The notes beneath the pieces are model-generated. The model had not been told where the DNA came from and ran no database searches. It saw only the letters and a program-made list of their open reading frames with translations. Position numbers and translations under genes: made by a program. Below, in pieces: positions 8,695 to 16,799 of a stretch of DNA of 64,000 bases (the stretch's first letter is position 1; every line of letters begins with the position of its first letter). This stretch comes from Planctomycetota bacterium (lineage in GTDB: Bacteria > Planctomycetota > B15-G4 > SIAN01). The stretch is taken from the NCBI GenBank assembly GCA_031409275.1, contig JANNXA010000007.1, positions 32,001-96,000 of the forward strand. Reading direction: 5' to 3'.

Positions 8695-10719
8695 TCACTC
8701 CCCCGCGTAGCCGAGCGCCTTCAGGAGGCTCTTCGTCGCCGGGTCGAGCGTGGCGTCGCGCGCGGTGCGGCCCGCTTGCGCGGCGGCGGCCTTCGCGAAC
8801 GCGGCGAGCGCCGCGGCCGTCGCGCGCGCGGCGGCGGCTTCGCCCGGATCGGTGGCTGCAAGGTCGCGCTGCTCCAGCGGATCGGCGCGCGGATCGAACG
8901 CCTGCACGCGCTCGTCGCCGCCCTCGCGCGCGACGATCACGGTGCGCGTGCCGTCGCGGCTCGACAACGCACTGCTGCCGCCCCACTGCACCGAAGCGAA
9001 CGCGGAGCGCGCCGCGGGCGCCTCGTCGGAGTGGAGGCGCAGCAACGGCAGCAGCGACTCGCCATCGAGCGGCGGTGCATCGGCGGGCAATTCGAGCTCG
9101 AGCAGTTCGAGCAGCGTCGGCAACAGGTCGAGCGAGCGGACTTGCGTCGCGACACGGCGACCGGCGGGCAGGAGCTCCGGCGCGCAGAGGATCAGCGGAA
9201 CGTGCAGGAGCTCGCGATGGAGCGAGTGGCCGTGGCCGAACGCACCGTGGTCGAAGAACTCCTCGCCATGGTCCGCGACGACGACCACCACGGTCGAGTC
9301 GAGCGCGTCACGCGACTCGAGCGCCGCGAACAGCGCGCCGACCTCGGCATCGACGTCTCGGATGCAGCTGTCGTAGGTGGCGACCATCGCCGCGAGCTCG
9401 GCCGGTGGCAGCGGCGCCGCGCCGTGGAACGGCAGGAAGAGGTGGCGCGTCGTCTCGGGGAGGTCGACCTCGGTGCGCGCGCCCTCGAAGACGCGATGGT
9501 CGGCGCGCGGCCGATAGGGAGCGTGCGTCTCCATCAGCTGCACGTGCGCGAACCAGGGCCCGGGCGCGGCATCGACGAAGCGCAGCAGCTCGCCATGCAG
9601 CTCCGCGGCGCGAGGATCCTGGCGCGCGCCGCTGCGGTCGAACGGCAGCGACACCAGATCCTCGTACCAGCGCCACGGCCGCTCGGGCAGGTCGAGCGCC
9701 TCGACCCAGACGTCGCGCAGACGGGCGAGCACGTGGAACGCCGCCAGCGGCGCGGCCGGGCTCACTTGCGGTCCGACGTAGCGCTCAACGCCTTGCGCGA
9801 AACCGAAGGTCGGCGCGACGAACGCATTCGCGGAGAAGAGGCCGGTGCGGTAGCCCACTTCGTGGAGCAGCTCCGCGAGCGGGCGCTCCTCGGCGGGCAA
9901 GCTCGCGCCGAACGCCTCGACTCCGTGGCGCGGCGGAAGGCGGCCGGTCAGCAGGCTCGCCGTCGATGGCTTGGTGTGAGGCGCCTGCGCAAGGCACTCC
10001 TCGAAGAGGACGCCGCGCGCCGCGAGGGCGTCGAGATGGGGCGACGTCGCGCGCGCATAGCCGTAGCTACCCAGATGATCGGCGCGCAGCGTGTCGAGGA
10101 GCAACAGCAGCACGTTGGGGCGGCCCGCGGCCCGGCCACCATCGAGCGGCTTCGCGAGTCCGGCCTCGACGAAGAGCAGCGGAAGCAGCGTCGCGGCCAG
10201 CAGTGCCAAACGGAGCACTCCGCAGGTCATGCGCCCCACCGGGGCGAACGCGACCCGAATCAGCACAGCGCTTGGCCGCGAGAGCGCTCGCTGCAGCAGC
10301 GGCGCCACGATCAGCAACAGAGCCCCGTTCGCGGCGAGACTCGCCGGCGAGAACGCGTCCGCCAGCACTTCGCGATTGAGTGGAAAGGCGATGGCGCCGA
10401 CGACGGCCAACGCCAGCGCGAGGGCGAGGTGCCACGTGGTGACGCCAAGCGCGACGGAGTCGCGACGCGTCACGAACCGCAGCAGTCGCCGCAACGCCAC
10501 CTGCGCCAGCGTCAGCCCGACCCCAAGCACGCCGTAGAGCAGCGCGGCGGCCGGCAGCAGACGCGCGCCACCGATCGGCACGGCGCCGCGGGCGACCCGC
10601 CACGCCGCCTCGGCCACTCCGAAGAGGACCGCCATCGGCACCAGCCACGCCAGCGTGGTCGTCAGCTCGCGCGCCAGCGACGGGTTCCGCGACGGGTTCC
10701 GCGACGGCGCCGCCGCCAT
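8695..10719 (-). CDS. Membrane-anchored sulfatase-like (alkaline phosphatase superfamily) protein
   Basis: N-terminal TM helices. PNVLLLLLDTLRADH, TKPSTASLLTG, HAPY, ADHGEEF, HGH; C-terminal LKALGY. Start chosen at ATG 10719, just after the fabH-like stop. Confidence 0.85.
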   Translation of the reverse strand: MAAAPSRNPSRNPSLARELTTTLAWLVPMAVLFGVAEAAWRVARGAVPIGGARLLPAAALLYGVLGVGLTLAQVALRRLLRFVTRRDSVALGVTTWHLALALALAVVGAIAFPLNREVLADAFSPASLAANGALLLIVAPLLQRALSRPSAVLIRVAFAPVGRMTCGVLRLALLAATLLPLLFVEAGLAKPLDGGRAAGRPNVLLLLLDTLRADHLGSYGYARATSPHLDALAARGVLFEECLAQAPHTKPSTASLLTGRLPPRHGVEAFGASLPAEERPLAELLHEVGYRTGLFSANAFVAPTFGFAQGVERYVGPQVSPAAPLAAFHVLARLRDVWVEALDLPERPWRWYEDLVSLPFDRSGARQDPRAAELHGELLRFVDAAPGPWFAHVQLMETHAPYRPRADHRVFEGARTEVDLPETTRHLFLPFHGAAPLPPAELAAMVATYDSCIRDVDAEVGALFAALESRDALDSTVVVVVADHGEEFFDHGAFGHGHSLHRELLHVPLILCAPELLPAGRRVATQVRSLDLLPTLLELLELELPADAPPLDGESLLPLLRLHSDEAPAARSAFASVQWGGSSALSSRDGTRTVIVAREGGDERVQAFDPRADPLEQRDLAATDPGEAAAARATAAALAAFAKAAAAQAGRTARDATLDPATKSLLKALGYAGE

Positions 10720-10724
10720 CGCGC

Positions 10725-11774
10725 TCAGCGCGCCTTCGCGCGGCCGGCGGCGATCGTCTCGCGACCGGCCCAACCGAGCAGCGTGCTGGCCCATGCCATG
10801 CCACCGCCGAGCGCGAAGAGCACGACGCGATCGCCGTCCACGAAGCGGCCGGCGCGATTCGCCTCATCGAGGGCGGTCGGAACGCTGGCGCTCGACGTGT
10901 TGCCGGTGTGGTCGATCGACAGGACGAGCTTCTTCGGGTCGAGCTCGACGCGCTTGGCGACGTCCTGCAGGATGTTGAGGCTCGCGTGGTGCGGAACGAC
11001 GTACTTGACGTCGGCCAGCGTGACGCCGGCGCGGGACGTCGCTTCGTGCAGGCACTGCGCGGAGCGGGCGACCGCGAAGTCGTAGACCTGATGGAACTCG
11101 CTGACGAGGTGGTGCTCGCCGGCGGCGAGGCGTTCCGGGGTCAACGGGCGGGCGGAGCCGCCGGCGGGCACGCGCAGCGCGTGGCCCGACTTGCCGTCGG
11201 AGCCGGCGTAGAACGACTGGAAGCCGTAGCGCGGCGCGACCGGAAGCTCTTCAAGGATCACGGCACCGGCACCGTCGGCGAACAGGCCGCTCATGCGGAA
11301 GTCGCCCTTGTCGATCAGATCGCTCATCTTCTCGGCGGAGATGACCAAGGCGCGGCGGTAGCGGCAGCGCGCCATCAACGCGTCGGCCACGAGCAGAGCG
11401 TTCACGAAACCGGGGCAGGCGTCCTGAAGCTGGTGGAAGACCGCCTCGCAATCGAGCGCTGCCTGCACCTTGCTGACGGAGTGGGGCGCGACGTGGTCGC
11501 TGGTCGCCGTCGACATGACGATGAGGTCGATGTCCCGGGCGACCAGGCCGGCGGAGTCGAGCGCGCGGCGCGCGGCGTGGATCGCCATGTCGCCGGTGCT
11601 CTCGTCGGGGGCGGCCCAGTGGCGCGACTCGACGCCGTAGTGGCGGCGAACCCAGGTGTCGAGGTCGCTGCCGGCTCGACGCGCGTCGAAATTGCGCACC
11701 AGCTTGGCGAGCTCGGCGTTCGGGACGACGCGAGCGGGAAGGTAGCTGCCGGTTCCAGTCAGGATGCAGGGCAC
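10725..11774 (-). CDS. fabH: 3-oxoacyl-ACP synthase III (FabH/KAS III family)
   Basis: GTGSYLP; catalytic Cys in DACPGF, His in PHHAS, Asn in GNTSSASVP; GGGMAW. May be a paralog rather than the main FabH. Confidence 0.85.
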   Translation of the reverse strand: MPCILTGTGSYLPARVVPNAELAKLVRNFDARRAGSDLDTWVRRHYGVESRHWAAPDESTGDMAIHAARRALDSAGLVARDIDLIVMSTATSDHVAPHSVSKVQAALDCEAVFHQLQDACPGFVNALLVADALMARCRYRRALVISAEKMSDLIDKGDFRMSGLFADGAGAVILEELPVAPRYGFQSFYAGSDGKSGHALRVPAGGSARPLTPERLAAGEHHLVSEFHQVYDFAVARSAQCLHEATSRAGVTLADVKYVVPHHASLNILQDVAKRVELDPKKLVLSIDHTGNTSSASVPTALDEANRAGRFVDGDRVVLFALGGGMAWASTLLGWAGRETIAAGRAKAR

Positions 11775-12039
11775 GAAGGGTCTCTCGAAGGGCGCCGTCT
11801 CGGCACTGGGCGGCGCCGTCGCAAGGCGGGAAGTCTAAGGAGCGAAGCGTGCTCCTTCGTCGGATCGAACGAAACGACCCATGAACCTGCGTCGAAGAAG
11901 CGTGGAGGCACGCACGCGAAAAGAAGAGAAGTCGCGCGGCGCCGTCCCGTGAAACGGATCGAGCGCGGCCGGGGGGTAAACCCCGCCACCGCGCTCGAGT
12001 CGGGAGGCAGCCGAGGCTGCCTTCTGGGACGGTCGGCGA

Positions 12040-12279
12040 TCAGGAACGCTCGGCCTCCTCGGCCTTGGTTTCCTTGTGCAGGGTGAAGTCGAACTGGGTG
12101 TTGTTCGCGCTGAAGCGCAGGAAACCGGTCTTGCACTCGGGGCAGGGCCAATCCAGCAGGGCCGACATGTTCGGGTTGTAGTGCGTGAGCAGGTTGTTGT
12201 TCTGGTTGACGTAGCACTCGAACAAGCACTCGCGGTTGTCACACGAGAACTTGAGCAGCGGCAGGTTCGTGTTCTTCAA
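12040..12279 (-). CDS. Small putative zinc-ribbon protein (79 aa)
   Basis: GGGGAG Shine-Dalgarno 8 nt before a TTG start. CDNREC and CPEC cysteine pairs. Clean C/G-ending codons. Confidence 0.7.
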   Translation of the reverse strand: MKNTNLPLLKFSCDNRECLFECYVNQNNNLLTHYNPNMSALLDWPCPECKTGFLRFSANNTQFDFTLHKETKAEEAERS

Positions 12280-12475
12280 ACGGGCATCTCCCCAGGGCCG
12301 AGGCAGGCGGGTGCAGACCTCTGCGCCCCGCCCCGGAACCCACCGTCGCCCCCTCCGTCACTTCATCGGCTCGTTCAAAGCATCCAGCAGGGCGGACGAG
12401 GTCATTTGGCAGTCGAAACAACTAGTTGCGGAATCCGATCCGGCGCCATCCATTGAGGGGTTACGAGCGGGCGGA

Positions 12476-12504
12476 ACCGTAAGGCCCCCCTTGGAAGCTG
12501 TCAA
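12476..12504 (-). promoter_or_regulatory. Sigma70-type promoter TTGACA-N17-TACGGT
   Basis: Minus strand: perfect -35 TTGACA (12504-12499), exactly 17-nt spacer, TAnnnT -10 (12481-12476). Points at the 12279 gene. Confidence 0.65.
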
Positions 12505-12676
12505 TCAGGCGGTCTCCGTTCGGAGCTGAAACCGATCAGGGCCGCCCGCCGAGCACAGTCGTACGCCGGGGCTGCGACGAAGTTGGCGTTCTCGCGGGAG
12601 AGATCTGAATCCGAACTGACGCGTGTGCCGCCGAAGTCGGCGGGCACAGGTGCGCTCGATCGACGAGACGGTGGGG

Positions 12677-14137
12677 TCAGTCCTTGTGCACCAGCGACCG
12701 CTCGCGCTCGATCCCAGCGAGGACGGCGGGGGTCACGTCGCCGGTCGGGTACTTGCCCGTGAAGCAGGCGTTGCAGAACTGCTTCAGCTCCGCGTTGCCT
12801 TCACGGACCGAGGTCTCGAGGTCGTGAAGGTCCTGGTACACGACCGCGTCCGCGCCGATCTCCTTGGCGATCTGCGCGTCGGTCTTGCCGCTCGCGATGA
12901 ACTCGTTCTTCGTCGACATGTCGATGCCGTAGACGCACGGGTGCAGCAGCTGCGGCGAGCAGCTCGCGAAGTAGACCTTGCGCGCGCCCGCCTCGCGGGC
13001 CATCTGCACGATCTCCTTGCTGGTGTTGCCGCGCACGATCGAGTCGTCGACGATCAAGACGTCCTTGTCCTTGAACTCGAGCTGGATGGCGTTGAGCTTG
13101 TGGCGGATCGACTTACGACGCACTTTGTTGTCCGGCATGATGAAAGTGCGGCCGATGTAGCGGTTCTTGACGAAGCCCTCGCGGTACTTGATGCCGAGCC
13201 GCTGTGCCATCGCCAGCGCCGCGTCGCGCGCGGATTCGGGCACGGGCATGACGACGTCGGCCTCGATGCCGGTGAGCTTCCACTTCTCCGCCAGGTGCTC
13301 GCCCATGCGCAGGCGCGACTTGTAGACGCTCACCTTGTCGAGGAACGAGTCGGGACGCGCGAAGTAGACCCACTCGAAGAGGCAAGGGTGGTGCGCGTCG
13401 CTGCGCACCTGGCGACGTGTCACCGTCCCGTCGTTGCGGATGACGATCGCTTCGCCCGCCTGCAGGCTGGTGGTGTGGTGGTAGTCGAGCAGGTCGAGCA
13501 GCACCGACTCCGAGGCCACGCAGAAGCTCTTCTTGCCGTCGGCCTCGGCCCGCTCGCCCACGATGATCGGCTTGATGCCCTTGGGGTCGCGGAACGCGAA
13601 GAGGCCGAATCCGGCGATCATCCCGACGACCGAATAGGCGCCGCGGCAGCGCTCGAAGACCGCGTTGACGGCCTTGAAGACGGCATCCTCCGTCGGCTTG
13701 GCAACTCCGGTCTGCGCCAGCGCGTGCGCGAAGACCTGCAGGATCGCCTCGACATCGCAATTGCTGTCGACCATGTAGTGGTCGCGCTCGGTCAGCTCCT
13801 TCTTCAACTCGAAGAAGTTCGACAAGTTGCCGTTGTGGGCCATCGCGATGCCGAACGGCGACTTCACCATGAACGGCTGGGTGTCGTCGACGCTGCCGCC
13901 GCCAACCGTCGGGTAGCGCACGTGGCCGATGCCGACGCTGCCGCGCAGGCGACCGAGGTTGTTCTCGTGGAACACCTCGCGCACGAGCCCCATGCCGCGT
14001 CGCATGTGGAAGCGGCCGTTGAAGGTGCAGGCCCCCGCGGCGTCCTGGCCGCGATGCTGGATGGAGACGAGGCCGTCCAGGATCTCGCTGATGACGTCGC
14101 GCTGCTTGGGGCCCAAGACCCCGATGAATCCGCACAT
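12677..14137 (-). CDS. purF: Amidophosphoribosyltransferase
   Basis: N-terminal MCG, QHRGQDAAG, GHVRYPT, HNGN, CLFEWVYFARPDS, VDDSIVRGNTS, YGIDM, CNACFTGKYP. Confidence 0.97.
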   Translation of the reverse strand: MCGFIGVLGPKQRDVISEILDGLVSIQHRGQDAAGACTFNGRFHMRRGMGLVREVFHENNLGRLRGSVGIGHVRYPTVGGGSVDDTQPFMVKSPFGIAMAHNGNLSNFFELKKELTERDHYMVDSNCDVEAILQVFAHALAQTGVAKPTEDAVFKAVNAVFERCRGAYSVVGMIAGFGLFAFRDPKGIKPIIVGERAEADGKKSFCVASESVLLDLLDYHHTTSLQAGEAIVIRNDGTVTRRQVRSDAHHPCLFEWVYFARPDSFLDKVSVYKSRLRMGEHLAEKWKLTGIEADVVMPVPESARDAALAMAQRLGIKYREGFVKNRYIGRTFIMPDNKVRRKSIRHKLNAIQLEFKDKDVLIVDDSIVRGNTSKEIVQMAREAGARKVYFASCSPQLLHPCVYGIDMSTKNEFIASGKTDAQIAKEIGADAVVYQDLHDLETSVREGNAELKQFCNACFTGKYPTGDVTPAVLAGIERERSLVHKD

Positions 14138-14300
14138 GCCCACCCACCTCGTTCATCCCTTCGCGCGCGGCCGGCTCGATTGCGGAAGGATCCCTCGTTC
14201 CGCAAGCAGCGCGCGTCGGGGTCGGTCGCCGGCCCGGCACTATACGTACTGCGGCCGGGCCCCTCGCTTTGCGCGGCTCGTCGCCGCGATCGCCCCGAGA

Positions 14301-14454
14301 GCGCCGAACAGAATGTCCGCTGCGTTCGAGCGGCTGCAGCCACCCAGTACTTCGTCGACCTCCATCGGCGACTCTTCAGAGTCGCCCACTTCGGCCTCCT
14401 CGTCCTGGGCGGCCTCGCTCGGTCTCGGCGCGACGCGTCCGTTCTGTCAGGCGC
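14301..14454 (+). repeat. ~150-bp palindromic intergenic element, copy A (MITE-like or structured RNA)
   Basis: 14311-14447 aligns by hand with the reverse complement of 24549-24684 at 119/137 identities. Imperfect terminal inverted repeats and a central GGCGACTC-TTCA-GAGTCGCC hairpin. Confidence 0.85.
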
Positions 14455-14530
14455 CCCGAATGGTGATGCGAACTCCCGGATCAGGACACTGGTTGTCCAC
14501 CCGACGAGGGGGATCGCGTAGGCTCCCGAC

Positions 14531-15148
14531 GTGTACTTCACTACGCGCCAGCTCACCGTGCTGAACCACCTGCACACGCAAGTGCAGGCCACTGGCGTCG
14601 CACCGACGCTCGACGAGATCGCCGCCCACTTCGGCTTCTCGAAGGTGACCGCGCTGCAGCACCTGCGGGCGCTCGAGAAGAAGGGGGCGCTGCGGCGCAC
14701 CCGCTACCAACGACGCTCGATCGAGCTGCAATGGGCACCGAGCACCGAGAAACCGCGCGACTCCAAGCTGCCGATCGCCGGGCGCCTCTCCGCTGGCGAC
14801 CGACTCGACTACGTCGCGCGCCCGGCCGACTTCGACCCGCAGGAGCTCATCCCGACCGAGCGCCATGGCCACGTCGTCAAGGTGGTCGGCGATCATCTCG
14901 CAGCCGACGGCTTCCGCGACGGCGCCCTCTTGGTCATCGAACCGCGCAGCACGCCCCGCCCCGGGGAACTCGTGCTCGCCACGCTGACCGATGGCCGCAC
15001 GGTCATCCGCCGCCTCGAAAAGGGCGCCATCGACGACGCGCTCGTGCCGCTCGCCGGCGCCGCCGCCGACCGCAGCAACGTCGTGCCGACGCGACGCGCC
15101 AAGGTTCTCGGCGTGGTGAGAGCGCAGGTCGTGCGCTACGACGTGTGA
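14531..15148 (+). CDS. lexA: LexA-like transcriptional repressor with a degenerate peptidase domain
   Basis: N-terminal wHTH (TTRQ...PTLDEIAAHFGFS...HLRALEKKG), LPIAGRLSAG cleavage loop, S24-like C-terminus. GDHL replaces GxSM and VIRR replaces TVKR. Confidence 0.85.
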   Translation: MYFTTRQLTVLNHLHTQVQATGVAPTLDEIAAHFGFSKVTALQHLRALEKKGALRRTRYQRRSIELQWAPSTEKPRDSKLPIAGRLSAGDRLDYVARPADFDPQELIPTERHGHVVKVVGDHLAADGFRDGALLVIEPRSTPRPGELVLATLTDGRTVIRRLEKGAIDDALVPLAGAAADRSNVVPTRRAKVLGVVRAQVVRYDV

Positions 15149-15155
15149 GCGCGGC

Positions 15156-16799
15156 TCACTCCGGAAGCTGGGTGCCATCCGGCGCGAGGCGCAGCGGCTG
15201 GTCGACGCGGTAGCGCTTCACGCGACCCTCGTAGAGGTCGATGGCGACGCGGTTCTTCACCCCCCGCACCATGGCGAGCGCCCGACGGATCGTCGCCAGC
15301 GCCGCGCTGAAGTCGCCGCACTCGGCCTGCGCGGCGGCCAGCGCGTCGAGCATCTCCGGCTCATCGTCGTTGCCGACGATGGCGTGCTGCGCGAGGCGCA
15401 ACGCCTCGGCACCGTCACGCACCTTCGCATCGACGCAGGTGGCGAGCAGCAGCGCGAGCTCCCGCTCGAGATCCACCTGCGTCGGCACGACGACGAGCGC
15501 GCGTCGCAGCGTCGTCACCGCAGCGGCCGCGGCGCCGCTCTTCCGCTGCTCGCCGGCGAGTCCGCGCATCGCCTTCGCGAACTGCGCCAGCGCTTCCTTC
15601 TCGGTCGGCCGCGCAGCGACGACCACTTCACAGGCGGCGGCGGCCTCTTCGAAACGGCCCACCTCGAGCAGCAGCGTCGCGAGCTCGCGCGACAGCTCGA
15701 CATCGTCGCCGTCGAGCGCCACGGCGGCGCGAAGATGGTCGATCGCCTCGCTCTTCTTGCCGCGGCCGTTGCGCACGCGCGCCAGCATCCGCAGGGTCGC
15801 CGCCGTCGGCGCGAGCTGCGTCGCCTCGAGCAACGATTGCTCCGCGCCAGCAGCGTCGCCGCGGCCCGACTGCAATCGTGCGAGGTTGCCCCACGCGACC
15901 GCGGACTTGCGATCGAGCGCGAGCGCCTGCGTGAGCAGCGCCTCCGCCTCGCTGCCGCGCCCCTGCTGCATGCAGGCGATCGCGGCATTCGTGTAGTCGC
16001 CGGCGGTGATCGGCGGCGCGGAGAGCGCGGCGCGCGGATCGACGGGATAGACCTTCGTCGCGTGGTCGCGCGCCACCTTCGCGAACTTCGCCGCCTCCTC
16101 CTTGCGACCCAGCCCGAAACAGGTGGCCGCGAGCGCGGAGTTCACCTCGGGATGCGTCGGGTTGAGGAACAGCGCGCGCCGCAGCGGCGCTTCAGCCGCC
16201 GCCGTCTCCCGCGACTCCAACGCCAGCTGACCCAACGCCAGCCACGCGTCGACGTTCTTCTCGTCGAGCGCGGCCGCTTTCTCGAAGCAGGCGCGCGCCT
16301 CGGCGTAACGCGCGACGTCGCGCAGCAACTTGCCGTGGCTGACATGCGCCGGCGAATAGCGGTCGTCGATGGCGAGCGCGCGCTCGACGGCGAGCAGCGA
16401 CTTCGCCACGTCGGACGTCGCCAGCAGCACCGCCTGCAAGTAGGGCCAACGGAACTCCTGCGGAGCCAACGCCTCCGCTCGCTCGAACGCGGCCGCCGCT
16501 TCGACGCGCCGATCGTGCGTCGCCAGCAACGTCGCGTAATCGACCCACGCGGCGAGGAGCTGCGGTTCGCGAACGAGCCGCGCGTACGCCGCCTCGATCG
16601 CGGTGCGCAGCGGCGCCTCAGCGACTTCGCTCAGATCGGGCTTCGCGGGCAGCGAAGTGGTCGGGAGCGCCTGCGGCTCGAGCTTCGACGGCGCGACGTC
16701 GTCGGGCGCGCACGCGTGCGACGCCAACGCCGAGAGCAGCGACGCGAGCCACGCCACCCGCCGCGACCGTGGGACGCGCGCGACGTTGCCGGCGCTCAT
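15156..16799 (-). CDS. Tetratricopeptide repeat protein, probably exported or lipoprotein
   Basis: ATG at 16799 overlaps the upstream stop (ATGA). Hydrophobic leader ending ASHAC, many TPR repeats, C-terminal RDGAEALRLA...LDALAAAQAECGDF motif. Confidence 0.85.
   Translation of the reverse strand: MSAGNVARVPRSRRVAWLASLLSALASHACAPDDVAPSKLEPQALPTTSLPAKPDLSEVAEAPLRTAIEAAYARLVREPQLLAAWVDYATLLATHDRRVEAAAAFERAEALAPQEFRWPYLQAVLLATSDVAKSLLAVERALAIDDRYSPAHVSHGKLLRDVARYAEARACFEKAAALDEKNVDAWLALGQLALESRETAAAEAPLRRALFLNPTHPEVNSALAATCFGLGRKEEAAKFAKVARDHATKVYPVDPRAALSAPPITAGDYTNAAIACMQQGRGSEAEALLTQALALDRKSAVAWGNLARLQSGRGDAAGAEQSLLEATQLAPTAATLRMLARVRNGRGKKSEAIDHLRAAVALDGDDVELSRELATLLLEVGRFEEAAAACEVVVAARPTEKEALAQFAKAMRGLAGEQRKSGAAAAAVTTLRRALVVVPTQVDLERELALLLATCVDAKVRDGAEALRLAQHAIVGNDDEPEMLDALAAAQAECGDFSAALATIRRALAMVRGVKNRVAIDLYEGRVKRYRVDQPLRLAPDGTQLPE

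Noticed and set aside
10679..10705. 12-bp tandem repeat (GACGGGTTCCGC x2) at the sulfatase-like gene start
   Set aside because: In-frame micro-duplication (SRNP x2) in a leader region; too short to suggest phase variation.
14140..14300. Purine-related riboswitch in the purF leader
   Set aside because: Hairpins are present, but I could not match the conserved cores of purine, ZTP or PRPP riboswitches. An Rfam scan would be needed.
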